The translations under genes were made by a program, and so were the position numbers. This document shows positions 35,034 to 44,956 of a DNA stretch of 64,000 nucleotides, one piece after another; position 1 is the first letter of the stretch, and each line of letters starts with the position of its first letter. The stretch is from Epithemia pelagica (lineage: Eukaryota > Protista > Bacillariophyta): assembly GCA_946965045.2 (NCBI GenBank), contig OX337230.1, positions 4,305,364 to 4,369,363 on the forward strand. The letters are read 5' to 3'. A model generated the notes under the pieces. It made no database searches. It was not told the DNA's origin and saw only the letters and a program-made list of their open reading frames with translations.

Positions 35034-35580
35034 GGTTTGCTCCTGGTGTTGCGAGGTCCAGTGGGATCTTTGCGTTTGATCCATCCTCCAACATGCCCAA
35101 ATCTCGTGCCCGAGTATTCAGCAGGTTGATGAATAGTTGGAACCGACTCGGTTCTACATCGAACTTTTCGTAGGTACTAAACAAGGAGCGAGTGGCTTGC
35201 TCATAGTATTTTCGGCCTTATTTGGTACTGAAATCCAATTGCTGCCCGATTCCGGCTCGGAGTGGGGTCCTTAGGAATGGTCCTGGTCCTCCTCCTCCTG
35301 GTGCTCTGTCTCCTGCGCCCCCTGCTGCTACAGCAGCGGCAGCTGCATTCGCGGCGGCGTTCGCAATAGCTTGCTGGATTGCTTGCGTGGCTGCTCCCAA
35401 TGCTCCCACGATTGCAGCTGCTTCGGCTCCTAGCGGTGCTGGTCCTCCGCCTCCGCCTCCGCCTACTGGTGGTGCTCCATCACCACCGCCACCTCCTGGT
35501 GCAGGAGCGCCGTCTCCGCCGTCCATTCTTGCTTGCCTGCGAGTCCGTATCTTGTAATACCCTTCAAATCCTGGTTTCGT

Positions 35581-35596
35581 TAGCGCAGAGGAAGCG
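35581..35596 (-). promoter_or_regulatory. Putative primer-binding site complementary to the D-arm of initiator tRNA-Met
   Basis: The plus strand reads TAGCGCAGAGGAAGCG(TGTTG), resembling the conserved eukaryotic tRNAiMet segment TGGCGCAGNGGAAGCG; it abuts the outer 5' LTR. Confidence 0.55.
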
Positions 35597-35808
35597 TGTT
35601 GAAATCCAACTGTTGTCTCCGTAAAGCTGGATGGGCTAAAAGAGATGAAATTTAAAGGGGAAAAGAGTATTATAACGTTACGTTGACGGTGTCCCTTGAC
35701 GATGAGTTGGTGAGTGATTGGTAGGGTACGTCAGGCGGAAAGTGCCCTTTGATGACGTGTGCGTCCGGGGGATGTCCCCGAAGCACCGGGTGACCCAATA
35801 TCTTCACA
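35597..35808 (-). repeat. 5' LTR of the outer Copia (212 bp)
   Basis: TGTTGAAATCC...CAATATCTTCACA, homologous to but visibly diverged from 20849-21206. Confidence 0.85.
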
Positions 35809-36619
35809 TGTGTCAATCGCAATACAACGGGGAGATTCAGTTTGGCTTGCTGTCAATGTTGTGAGCTGTGTGAAATTGTGTCCGGAGTAGGCGGTCCCTT
35901 TTTCTTCACGAAAGCCTTAACGACTCTTTGCAAGTGTTCCCATTATGCTCTTTGGATTGGTTCGTCGTAGTTATGAGATTTGGTAGTTGCCACCAGCACC
36001 AGCATCCATCCATGTTCCTGGAGTGCGCACCAAAAGAGCGAAGTAGCCAGTGAGGATGGACAAGGAAAGGTGGGTTTGGGTGTTTGGATGGGTCTTGCTG
36101 GATAGTTTCTTGAAACGTCTCCGTCTGCTCTTGCGTAGAGGTGCGAGGCACAACAAACTTTGTGAGGAATCTGACGTGTATCCACATCTTGTTTTTCAAA
36201 GAGGAGGGGCACAAGAAGTCTCGATTCCTTTGTCTTTCGCTCTATTGCCTCATTTCTCATTTCGGATGCAATGTCCCAAACAAGTACACAAGACGCAAAA
36301 AGTGTTTGGTCGGAGAGTCATTCGAGCGAGGCACCTTCAGCCTTTCTTCAAGTACGCAAGACGGAAACGCGAGACACCAAAAGACCCTGGCAACTTTTGT
36401 GCCAGTGTCACTCTCCGCCATTTCGTGAGAGCTTTTGGACAGTCTCGCCTCGCGCGTACGGGGTCGCGTTGCAATAGCGGATTGGATTCGGGTTTCAATC
36501 AGTCGTGGTTGTTGCCGTCACCATGGACCATGGAGATCACACAAACAATGTAGAACACAATCCACTGATCCACACCGTACGATTGACCGCATTCTTCTTG
36601 GCGCTACAGCTACAACATC

Positions 36620-38083
36620 ATGCCCAAAGCAGAAAAGGGCTCCGTGAAGGACATTGCAAAACGCATCAAGGCTAAGGGCTTGCAAAAGCTCAAGTTTTAT
36701 TGTCAAATTTGCGAAAAGCAGTGTCGCGATGCCAACGGCTTCAAATGCCACATTCAATCCGACTCTCATTTGCGTCAAATGAAACTCTTTTCGGAAAATG
36801 CGTCCGGTCGGATGGATCAATATTCTCGCGAATTTGAAAAAGTCTTTTTGGATACACTCCGCATGTTGCATGGGACGGCGCAGGTGAATGCCAATCAAGT
36901 CTACCAACAAGTCATTCGCGACAAGCAACACATTCACATGAATGCCACCATTTGGGCGACACTCAAGGATTTTTGTCAATATTTGGGCAAGACGGGCAAA
37001 TGTCGTGTCGAAGAAACGGAACGAGGATGGTACATTACCTACATTAATCGCAATGTCGAATCGCTGTTGCGACAACAACAAGCGCAAGAACGACAGGAGG
37101 CCGCCTTGCAAGCCGAAGCGCAGTATCAAAAACAATTGGACGAACGCAAACGTCAAGAAGCGTCCATGGCACTGGAAAAGGCGGGTGTTTTGCAACAACA
37201 ACCAACCACCAACATGGCTGAACGGGCACACCATGAAACGATTCACATTCAAAAGGACAAGCTAGTATTAGCAGGAGCACAATCCAATAAGAAGGCAACG
37301 ACGAAACGGGCCGTGATCCACAATGTGTTGGATACGGGAAGTGACGACGACGACGACGAGGAACATGACATGGAGAAGGAGGAGCTGGAGAATGCTGCTG
37401 TGGCCAAGGATTTGTCGACAAACAAAAGGCTCCTGACACCAAAGGACACGACGACGACAACGACGAGTAGTAGCAGTCGAAAACGACCACGACACAGCAG
37501 TGCAACAGCACCAGAGAAAGGTTTCGATCAACCAGCACAGCGTGAGCCAAACCAACAACAAGAACCACAACCACAACCATCGGCACAACGACAAAGGGAT
37601 CCATCGGTCTGGTTGTATCGAGACATTGTGGTACGCATCATTGACCAAACCTATCGCGGTGGACGCTACTTTCGGCGCAAAGCCTATGTCGATCGTGTCA
37701 TTTTACCAGACAACGACAACGACAACAAGGACTCTTCCAAGCAGCAGCAATCACAACCACTCGCTGAACTCACACTCTTGCGCGATTCCAATCAGGACGA
37801 TGATGAAAAGGACGACGTGATCGTGTTGCGGCTGGCCCAGGATTGTTTGGAAACGGTCGTTCCCAAACAGGCCGACACACTAATGACAACCAGCAGCAAT
37901 AGCAGCAGCAAGAACAAGCACAAACAAAGCAAGAGTCGGGTTCGAATCTTGGTGGGACCCTACCGTGGCAAAAAGGCTGTGGTGGTGGCCTTGAACAAAC
38001 CAAACTATCAAGGACGACTGCAATTGGACAATGGCACTATATTGGAGTCAATGCCCTTTGAACATTTTGCCTTGCTGGCTTAA
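36620..38083 (+). CDS. KIN17: KIN17 DNA/RNA-binding protein, copy B
   Basis: Intact paralog of 15421-16896; differences are concentrated in the low-complexity linker. Confidence 0.93.
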   Translation: MPKAEKGSVKDIAKRIKAKGLQKLKFYCQICEKQCRDANGFKCHIQSDSHLRQMKLFSENASGRMDQYSREFEKVFLDTLRMLHGTAQVNANQVYQQVIRDKQHIHMNATIWATLKDFCQYLGKTGKCRVEETERGWYITYINRNVESLLRQQQAQERQEAALQAEAQYQKQLDERKRQEASMALEKAGVLQQQPTTNMAERAHHETIHIQKDKLVLAGAQSNKKATTKRAVIHNVLDTGSDDDDDEEHDMEKEELENAAVAKDLSTNKRLLTPKDTTTTTTSSSSRKRPRHSSATAPEKGFDQPAQREPNQQQEPQPQPSAQRQRDPSVWLYRDIVVRIIDQTYRGGRYFRRKAYVDRVILPDNDNDNKDSSKQQQSQPLAELTLLRDSNQDDDEKDDVIVLRLAQDCLETVVPKQADTLMTTSSNSSSKNKHKQSKSRVRILVGPYRGKKAVVVALNKPNYQGRLQLDNGTILESMPFEHFALLA

Positions 38084-38424
38084 TAAGGAGCTATCCTACC
38101 GTATTGCTACTACCGAATCCCTTTCTCGGTGCATCTGTAATACAGGAGAACCGCATTTGACGGGGACTAACAGGCGCTCAATGCCAGCAGCAACTCGTGA
38201 CTCCTGAATGCCCCCTTGCTGCTGGGCGCTCCATGATCCAGAGACACGCTTCGTCTATTCTAGCGTCCTACCTAGGTAGACAAATAGGCATGCTGTGAGA
38301 TAATCTTCCGCAATCATCATCATTACTAATAGGACTGCTTGAAGGATATAAGGACATTATGTACATTCACCACAAGTCTACAGTAACACAGGTAGAGTCT
38401 TCATTGCTCATTTCTAGGGCTCTA

Positions 38425-39558
38425 TCATTTGGCACTGGCAGCCAGTGTTCTCCAGCGGTGTACCTGTAGTGGTTGGCCCACGGCATTGGATTCCACAATT
38501 CGTCCGGTACGACCGTCCAAGACGACCAGTCGTGGAATGCCCGTGACACGAATGGCTCCCATGAGTTCTTCTCGGGCATCTTCTTCATAGTCGACAGCCA
38601 GCCAGGGCATGGACGAAGTGTAATACTGTCGAAACCCAGCCTCATTGTGATCGGCGGACAAAAAGACAATTTCGACAGCCGACCAATTGTCTTGGTTGGA
38701 CGATGATGATGATGATACGAGCGACTTGTACCATTGGGCCAATTGCGGAGTAAAATTGCGACAGGGACCACACCAACTGGCACTGGCATACAAGAGGACA
38801 AATTCTTTGCCACCCAAGGCATCTTCCAAGGATATCGTCGTCGTCGTCGTGTCCGTTCCTTCTGTTCCCCGTTTCAACAAGGTTTGGTGTTCCAGAGACT
38901 GAAACCACCGTTTCATTCCGTCCGACAGTCCAAACGGGACAATGATTTGGGATGGAGGAGAAAAGAAGTCTCTGGAAGAATTGCTGCTTTCATCATCCTT
39001 GTTGTCACTCGTGGAGGCCGGTCGGACACGAAATTGATAGCCGTTGGAGGAGATGAGGTTCTTTTTGCGCACTTGCCGACCGGCAAAAGATGAAGCCACG
39101 GTTTTCCATTCACTGCCACCGACATTTTCTCGCAATTGAATCTCATATGCAGAACATGACACAGCCTCTTTCCAGGAAACCAAAGCCGAATTCTTGCTTC
39201 CACCCAGGGACACGCTAGGAGCCTCCATGCGGTTTCCCGCTTGTTCTTTGGACAATAACTGAAAGGGCTCTGAGTGACTGACCCAATTCGTCACATCTTT
39301 TCCTTCTTCTGTGACAGCACCGACTCGAAAGGTAAATCCCTTGTTGTTGGTTTCATCCACCAGGTTCTTCTTTTTGGCTTGTGTCGTTGTGAGCTTGTCC
39401 GAAAGCGTTTCAAAGGCGGCAGTGTCCACATCCTCTCCGGCTTTTCGAAACTGCAATATATATCGAAGCGATCCTTCGACTGCTGGCCATGAAATGGTCA
39501 AGGCATCCACGTCGGCATCCAACAACACAATCATGCTCTTGTCGTCGACCATTGTCAT
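38425..39558 (-). CDS. Nucleoredoxin/tryparedoxin-like thioredoxin with two N-terminal FN3-like repeats
   Basis: LLYASASWCGPCRNFTPQL, EIVFLSAD, MPWLAV, VTGIPRLVVLD. Two repeats of the pattern xSW...Y.[LI]Q.R...W/F....K.NL.....[FY].FRV. Confidence 0.85.
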   Translation of the reverse strand: MTMVDDKSMIVLLDADVDALTISWPAVEGSLRYILQFRKAGEDVDTAAFETLSDKLTTTQAKKKNLVDETNNKGFTFRVGAVTEEGKDVTNWVSHSEPFQLLSKEQAGNRMEAPSVSLGGSKNSALVSWKEAVSCSAYEIQLRENVGGSEWKTVASSFAGRQVRKKNLISSNGYQFRVRPASTSDNKDDESSNSSRDFFSPPSQIIVPFGLSDGMKRWFQSLEHQTLLKRGTEGTDTTTTTISLEDALGGKEFVLLYASASWCGPCRNFTPQLAQWYKSLVSSSSSSNQDNWSAVEIVFLSADHNEAGFRQYYTSSMPWLAVDYEEDAREELMGAIRVTGIPRLVVLDGRTGRIVESNAVGQPLQVHRWRTLAASAK

Positions 39559-39989
39559 GGCACTGTGTGATGAAGTGTCACAGCAAATTTTGGGTTTTGC
39601 GGTCGCGGAGTTCCATCCGACCCTCCATCGTCCACTCCAGGAGCGGACCGAGACACACGGACGCCAGCCTCACCACTTAAGTAATATTATTACCGTTATT
39701 GCTCGCGTGCAATAGCGAGCCAGCGACACTCTCCCACTCACATTTTGATTCGAGAACAAAAGAGACGAGCGATTCGGGAGGGTGGCAAGAGAAAAGGACC
39801 ATGGAAAAGCAATTGACTTAACCGCGCTATCCAAACAACGCGAGAGATTGAATTGTGTCTGGCACCCTGCAAAAGGTTTGGTGCTGGAAAATCTCCATCC
39901 GTAGCAGTCCATACACTTGAGCTATTCCTCTGGCGTCGCAACCTGCAAAACGTTTGTTGCGTTGCCACAAAATCTCTCGTCCTGCACGG

Positions 39990-40700
39990 ACAAGATGGAA
40001 ATGCTTCATGCGATATGGAGGGAATCAAGGCAAATCCATATCATTCCACGTGAGCGGTTTCTCGCGTTGCGGCAGGCAAATTGTTTGTTGTTTCGCTTCC
40101 TTCTGTTCCAAGCAACAGCAAGGAAAAACTCTTGGGCACGAATAAGAGCTATCAAATGGTGTATGCGACAATAGCATGCAAGCCATTCCTTGCGATGCAA
40201 CAGGCAAAAGTGTTGTTGTTGTGTCGCGGCATTTTGTTCCAAGCGGACAGAAACGGGGAGTGCCCCTATAATTCAACCAAACACAACTGGGTCGCAGTGT
40301 TTGGCAATCTGTTCCTTGCAACAGCAAACAAAAACTCTGGAGCACGAACAAGAGGCTCGATATGGAAGGGAATACAGGAAAAACCATATATTATGCAACA
40401 TGAGCCAATTTTCGCCATGCCACATACACAATGTATGTAGCTTTGCAAGCTGTTCACAGCAACAGCAACGGGGAGTACGCTAAAGGTTCTATGGAACTGA
40501 AACCAAATCTCTGAAACATGGAGGGATAGGCAAATCCATATACGGCATGAGTCATTAATCGCTTTGCAACAGGCATTTGTGTGTTGTTTCGTGGGCTGTT
40601 CTCAGCAACCGCAACGGGGACGCTATATTCATGTTCTAAGGAACTGAAACAAAATCTCTGGAACAGGGACAAGAGAAACGAAATAGCCACTGCGCTTTCG
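39990..40700. repeat. Degenerate dispersed/tandem repeats, possibly a decayed repeat-protein gene
   Basis: Recurring blocks ATGGAGGGA..GGCAAATCCATAT (~40015, ~40518), TGTTC.CAGCAAC.GCAACGGGG and GGAACTGAAAC.AAATCTCTG (~40451-40515, ~40597-40662). Confidence 0.5.
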
Positions 40701-41103
40701 AGGGATAAGACATTATTGCTTCGCAACCTGTTACATCAAGAAAGGATGTGTAACTAGATTTCTTAGCACCAATCTGTTACGCACAATATTCGGTTCCGCC
40801 CAAGCCCAACGACAAAGAGATACTGCTGCCTGAGATCCTATTAGCCAAGTTTGAGTCGTCAAAGGATGCGTATGTCCTGTTATCATATCGATTCAGTGGA
40901 GCAAAGCAAATCGTCCCACAAGCAAGATGACATCAAATCTGGCAATTTCCTGTCCCTGTAGGATTTCTGGTTATGACCATGGTAAACAGGAACAATATGC
41001 TTTGAGGGAGGCGTTCGTGGAGACAAGCACGTAACCCCTTTGTTTTCTTGTTTGACTTCTCATGACTCTGGTTCCTGATCGGTAGGACATCATGGCACTG
41101 AGA

Positions 41104-44100
41104 TTATGATGTTTTCAACCCGGACGTCAATGCAAAGAGTGCTTCTAGTGTGGACACCCGGGCCCGTACATCTGCTCCATCCAGGTCATGACCACCACGA
41201 GGTTCAAAATGCATCAAGACATAAGGGGCTGTATTGACGGATTCTCTGGTTCGTAGTTGTCTCAACTTGTTACCGTAGACAAGTGAATGCCAAAATGGTA
41301 CGGATGCGTCATCCAGAGATGATATTAACAGAATACGGGGAACGTGATGGACAGAATCTGCAAGCGTCAATTCGTCGCTCCTCGGTTTCAAACTTGATAC
41401 GGGACAGAACGAGCGAATCAAATCGGCTGCACCATTATCGTTGTCGAGGAGCGGATTCCCAAACTCGTCCCAATCCTGTTGCGAGAGATGTAGGTCCTTA
41501 TTCTTCAACGTTTCCTCTACGTTCAAAAAGGCATTGGTCAAAATGGCTGCATCAAACAATTCTGGTGGACGATTCAGAGCACTAGCTACGACCATTCCCC
41601 CTGCCGAAAAGCCCTTGGCTGTAATCTGGATCCTCTCGTCTCGATGAAATATTGATCCATGTTTGTCACCACAGTCATTGGTTCGAATGGCTTGAGCACA
41701 GGCAATCAAGTCCTCAATGGCATTGGGTTTGTTCGTTCGACGGCCTTGTTCGTGCCAGGATTGTCCCAATTCGCCACCACCACGAACATGCGCAAAGGCG
41801 AGTACCAAACCCCGATCTAGCAAGGGTTGCCAGGTGGGATTGTAGGTCAGGTCTAGAGACACGCCATAACAACCATAGGCGGTCAACAATACGGGTGTCG
41901 GTGAAGTCGTGCTGGGTGGGTCCTTTGTCCAGTCTCGTTGCTTCCGGATCAAGGTCAAGGGAACAAGAACACCATCGTGACTGGGAACCAGGACACGCTT
42001 TTGCAACATGCACGGATTCTTGTTGTCGGTTTCAGTACGGGGAGTAGTTTGGCCAGATTTGGATCCATGAATCCTTGACTCGTTGTTGGGGGGAGGATAT
42101 TCGTGCACCTGTCGAGAGGGGACGTGGCATTGAAAGATGCGTTTTCTTTGGACTGGACTTTGTACGGCAAACCAAAACGAATCCAAATGACTGCATCGAC
42201 TGTCGCCCACTGGAGAAATGACGCAACACTTCAAAGTCTGGTCGTTGGCCTTGTCGTCCTTGCTCACCCGTAGTAGGCTCGGCAATGGGACCGCCCATTC
42301 GTTCGAGTCGTCCAAATTTGACGACCGGAACAGGGAACGACCCGAAGTTGTGGGTGTCCGTCCACACTGGACTGCTCATACAAGACCACAAAGGTTTGGT
42401 AAATGTCCACTTGGACGAGTACGTACCCCACGGCTGCTGTCAAACAGGGCGCTTTTCGCAAAAACCAATCATGAGACAAGAGCAGTTCGGAGTAATGCGT
42501 GGTCCATACCGCCAACTCCTTGCTACCATCACCATGATTGGGAGCTACTACCCACACAGTGTTTGCGTCGTGGTCATTCTCCAAAGGTTCGACTTCATCA
42601 TAACTTGTGTCATCGTTCTTGTTCTTGTTGGTATTGATACTTGTACTGCGACGACCTACCGACGACGACGACAAAACCTCCACATGGTATCGAACCCATG
42701 CTTGTCGTGGTTGGACCATAATAGGCGGTTCCTCCAGGTCGGTCATCAAGTAGCACTGGTTCGAATCCAAGGTTTCTACCTGGAGTACCACCACTCCAGA
42801 AGCTTTGGTACCATATAGTTCCAGTCTGTGGGACAAGTCATGATCGTGATGAATCAATCGTGGGGGAGACGCCGTTACACTTTCCAGAGCTGGTGTTGTT
42901 GTAGTAGTTTTGGTGGTCCTGGTTGTCGTCACGGTACATCCATATACACCGTAAGGGCGATTGTCTTGGTACGGATTTGTCACAGTCCAGACCAGTTGGT
43001 ATTGTTTTCTACAGGACGAAGAAGCAGTGTCGTCATTGTCGTTTGGATTGCGAATCGGCCCGCAAAATTCCACCTGGCCTATACTGCTTTGTAGTGCGTC
43101 CATGTCCTCGTTCTGGTCCGAAGTGTTGTTCTCTGCAGCATCAACCCGAGGATGGATGATACGATGATAGATATCGCTACCAATAGGATGCACCCATAAT
43201 TCAGTGGTGGTTGTTGTAGCTTGTTGCGGTTCTGAGTCTGACACTTGTACAAGATAGGCCACCATGGTTTCGTCGGCGGACACCACGACACTTTGTGGAA
43301 GTATGACCTGATTGCCATTGGGATGTTGTTGATGTTGATATCGTAGATCCAAGACCGTTTCCATGTTGTCAGGATTGCTTTTGTTGTTCTGATGGTGGCC
43401 GTTCTTGGTGCCCCTTTCGGGTGATTCCAAAGTCTCGGTGTCGGTGGGCCATCGTTGATAGACAGATCCATGCGTTTCGGCGGCTGCTGGTGGATGATTC
43501 TTGTGGCTGATCCATTGGTACCAATACCTTCCACTGGGTCCCAAAAAGGGAGGAGGTGATTGTTGTGTTACAATCGATGTGTGTTGGTGTACGGCGTGTT
43601 GAATTTCGTGCTGAATGGAGGCAAACAGCGGGTGTGTCATCATTACACGAGCCGTTTGTTGCACTTCGTGACGGATCACAGTTTGAATAGAAGTGTCGCA
43701 GGAATCCACAGAGGAGTAGGGACGATGAAATTGTTTTCGATGGCCGGAATTCCAATTCAATTTGTCGAATGGCGAGGAGAAAGAGGTCGTCCTTTGGGTG
43801 GTGAAACTTCGGAGAGACGTAAAATCGTCAAGTCCAGAGATCGTGGTCGTTCGCCTTGCCAGTCTCGAGGCAAATTTCTTGGACCACAACAACAAGTAGT
43901 AGTGCTTTTCACATGATCTCAATACCGACCAGGAACAGCGTCCACCACTGTAGCACAACGACGACGAAAACATTCTGCTCCTGTACACGACGTCCTTGTC
44001 AAAGGGGCTCCACCATGAGCACAGCACCACAATGGCTCCAGACGCTGAGTTAATCTGTAGAAAAACTCTTTCTTTCACAATCAAAAAGTGTGTGGTTCTC

Positions 44101-44150
44101 TGTGGTGAGGATATTCTGTTGGTTGGATCCCCGTCGTCACTTCCTTCCAA
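41104..44150 (-). CDS. Oligopeptidase B-like S9A prolyl oligopeptidase family protein, with an apparent frameshift
   Basis: VPSHDGVLVPLTL, LLTAYGCYG, AFAHVRGGGELG..WHEQG, nucleophile motif GFSAGG, EFGNP, GGH. Two frames overlap at ~42300-42340 with no room for an intron. Start uncertain. Confidence 0.8.
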
Positions 44151-44956
44151 TCATGCAATACGGAAATCTCTTACTTGGTGGGGGGCTGGCATACCTTTCG
44201 AGCGACCGGAAACGCCAATGGCGGCTCCCGACAACCTTGTGGAACAAGTCTCTACTGACGAGTCTCTTCTTGGAGAAGCTTTTGTTTTATGATGGTTCCA
44301 AAGATAACAACATGCGGTTGCGCCGGTTGCCGGGCTCATTGGGTCTGAAATTGATGGACCGCATGATCACTATACTGCAACGCATGAATATAAAAAATGG
44401 CGCATGATCTAGATAATGCGGCGAATTATCATAGAAATGCGCTTGCCCATTTTTCCACAAAATCATGATAATAATCAGAAGCATAATAGAAATACGGCGC
44501 AGGATCATAAACATGCGCTTGCCCTGATTTTCAGGACCAATCCTGAAGATTCGCACTCGCCCTCGCATCTCGCAAGCTCAAAAGTTATTTCGAAATTCGA
44601 ACCAAACAAGCGCAAGCTATGTATGCTACTCCTAAGTACTCCTAGAGTAGGTAGTTAGGAGCTGCCTAGCATAGAGCATAGATCATTCCAAGAAAAGACG
44701 ACGACAAAGCACCACAATCATTCATTCTTTTTGCCTTTGTGTTCGTGGTCTCATGAAGCTCCAAGGATACTGAATGATCACAGCAGAAGTACTTGCCGAA
44801 GTCACAGGATGATCTACCTTTTAAGAAAATGCTACGTATCCGAAAGAGCGATTTCAACGACATGCGAGAGTTGGTCCAGCAAGAAGTGCCTCTAGGAGGT
44901 GAGATTTGGTCCAGCAAGAAGTGCTTCTAGGAGATGATTGTGCACCACGGAAATTC

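Larger units (their letters stand above)
25632..35526 (-). pseudogene. gag of the outer Copia, split by the inner element
   Basis: 5' part 35034-35526 (Gly/Ala-rich start, DFSTK*GRKYY, stop at 35218). 3' part 25632-26644 with WYWC..KC.GRWRTHKPSEC Zn knuckle. The frame is continuous across the insertion (PGAN/QVDLINDYG). Extra TAG at 25671; terminal TGA at 25632. Confidence 0.85.
20849..35808 (-). mobile_element. Outer Ty1/Copia LTR retrotransposon (CoDi-like), decayed, interrupted by a nested element
   Basis: LTRs at ~20849/20855-21206 and 35597-35808 (TG...CA). PPT GTGAGAGGGAG next to 21206. Gag, protease (GIDNRCS), integrase (VSVDQ, HADNG, KAERRIRELQ), RT (LYGQKQAG, YNDD), RNase H (ADYLTKPL) in Copia order. 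Flanks rejoin the uninterrupted site seen at ~14605-14620. Confidence 0.92.
17940..39126. repeat. Segmental tandem duplication, unit B, interrupted by the 15-kb retrotransposon nest
   Basis: 17940-20848 plus 35809-39126 is collinear with 11941-17942. Confidence 0.88.

Noticed and set aside
44871-44933. 28-bp direct repeat (period 35) downstream of glutaminase
   Set aside because: Only two copies; consistent with local slippage and no evidence of function.
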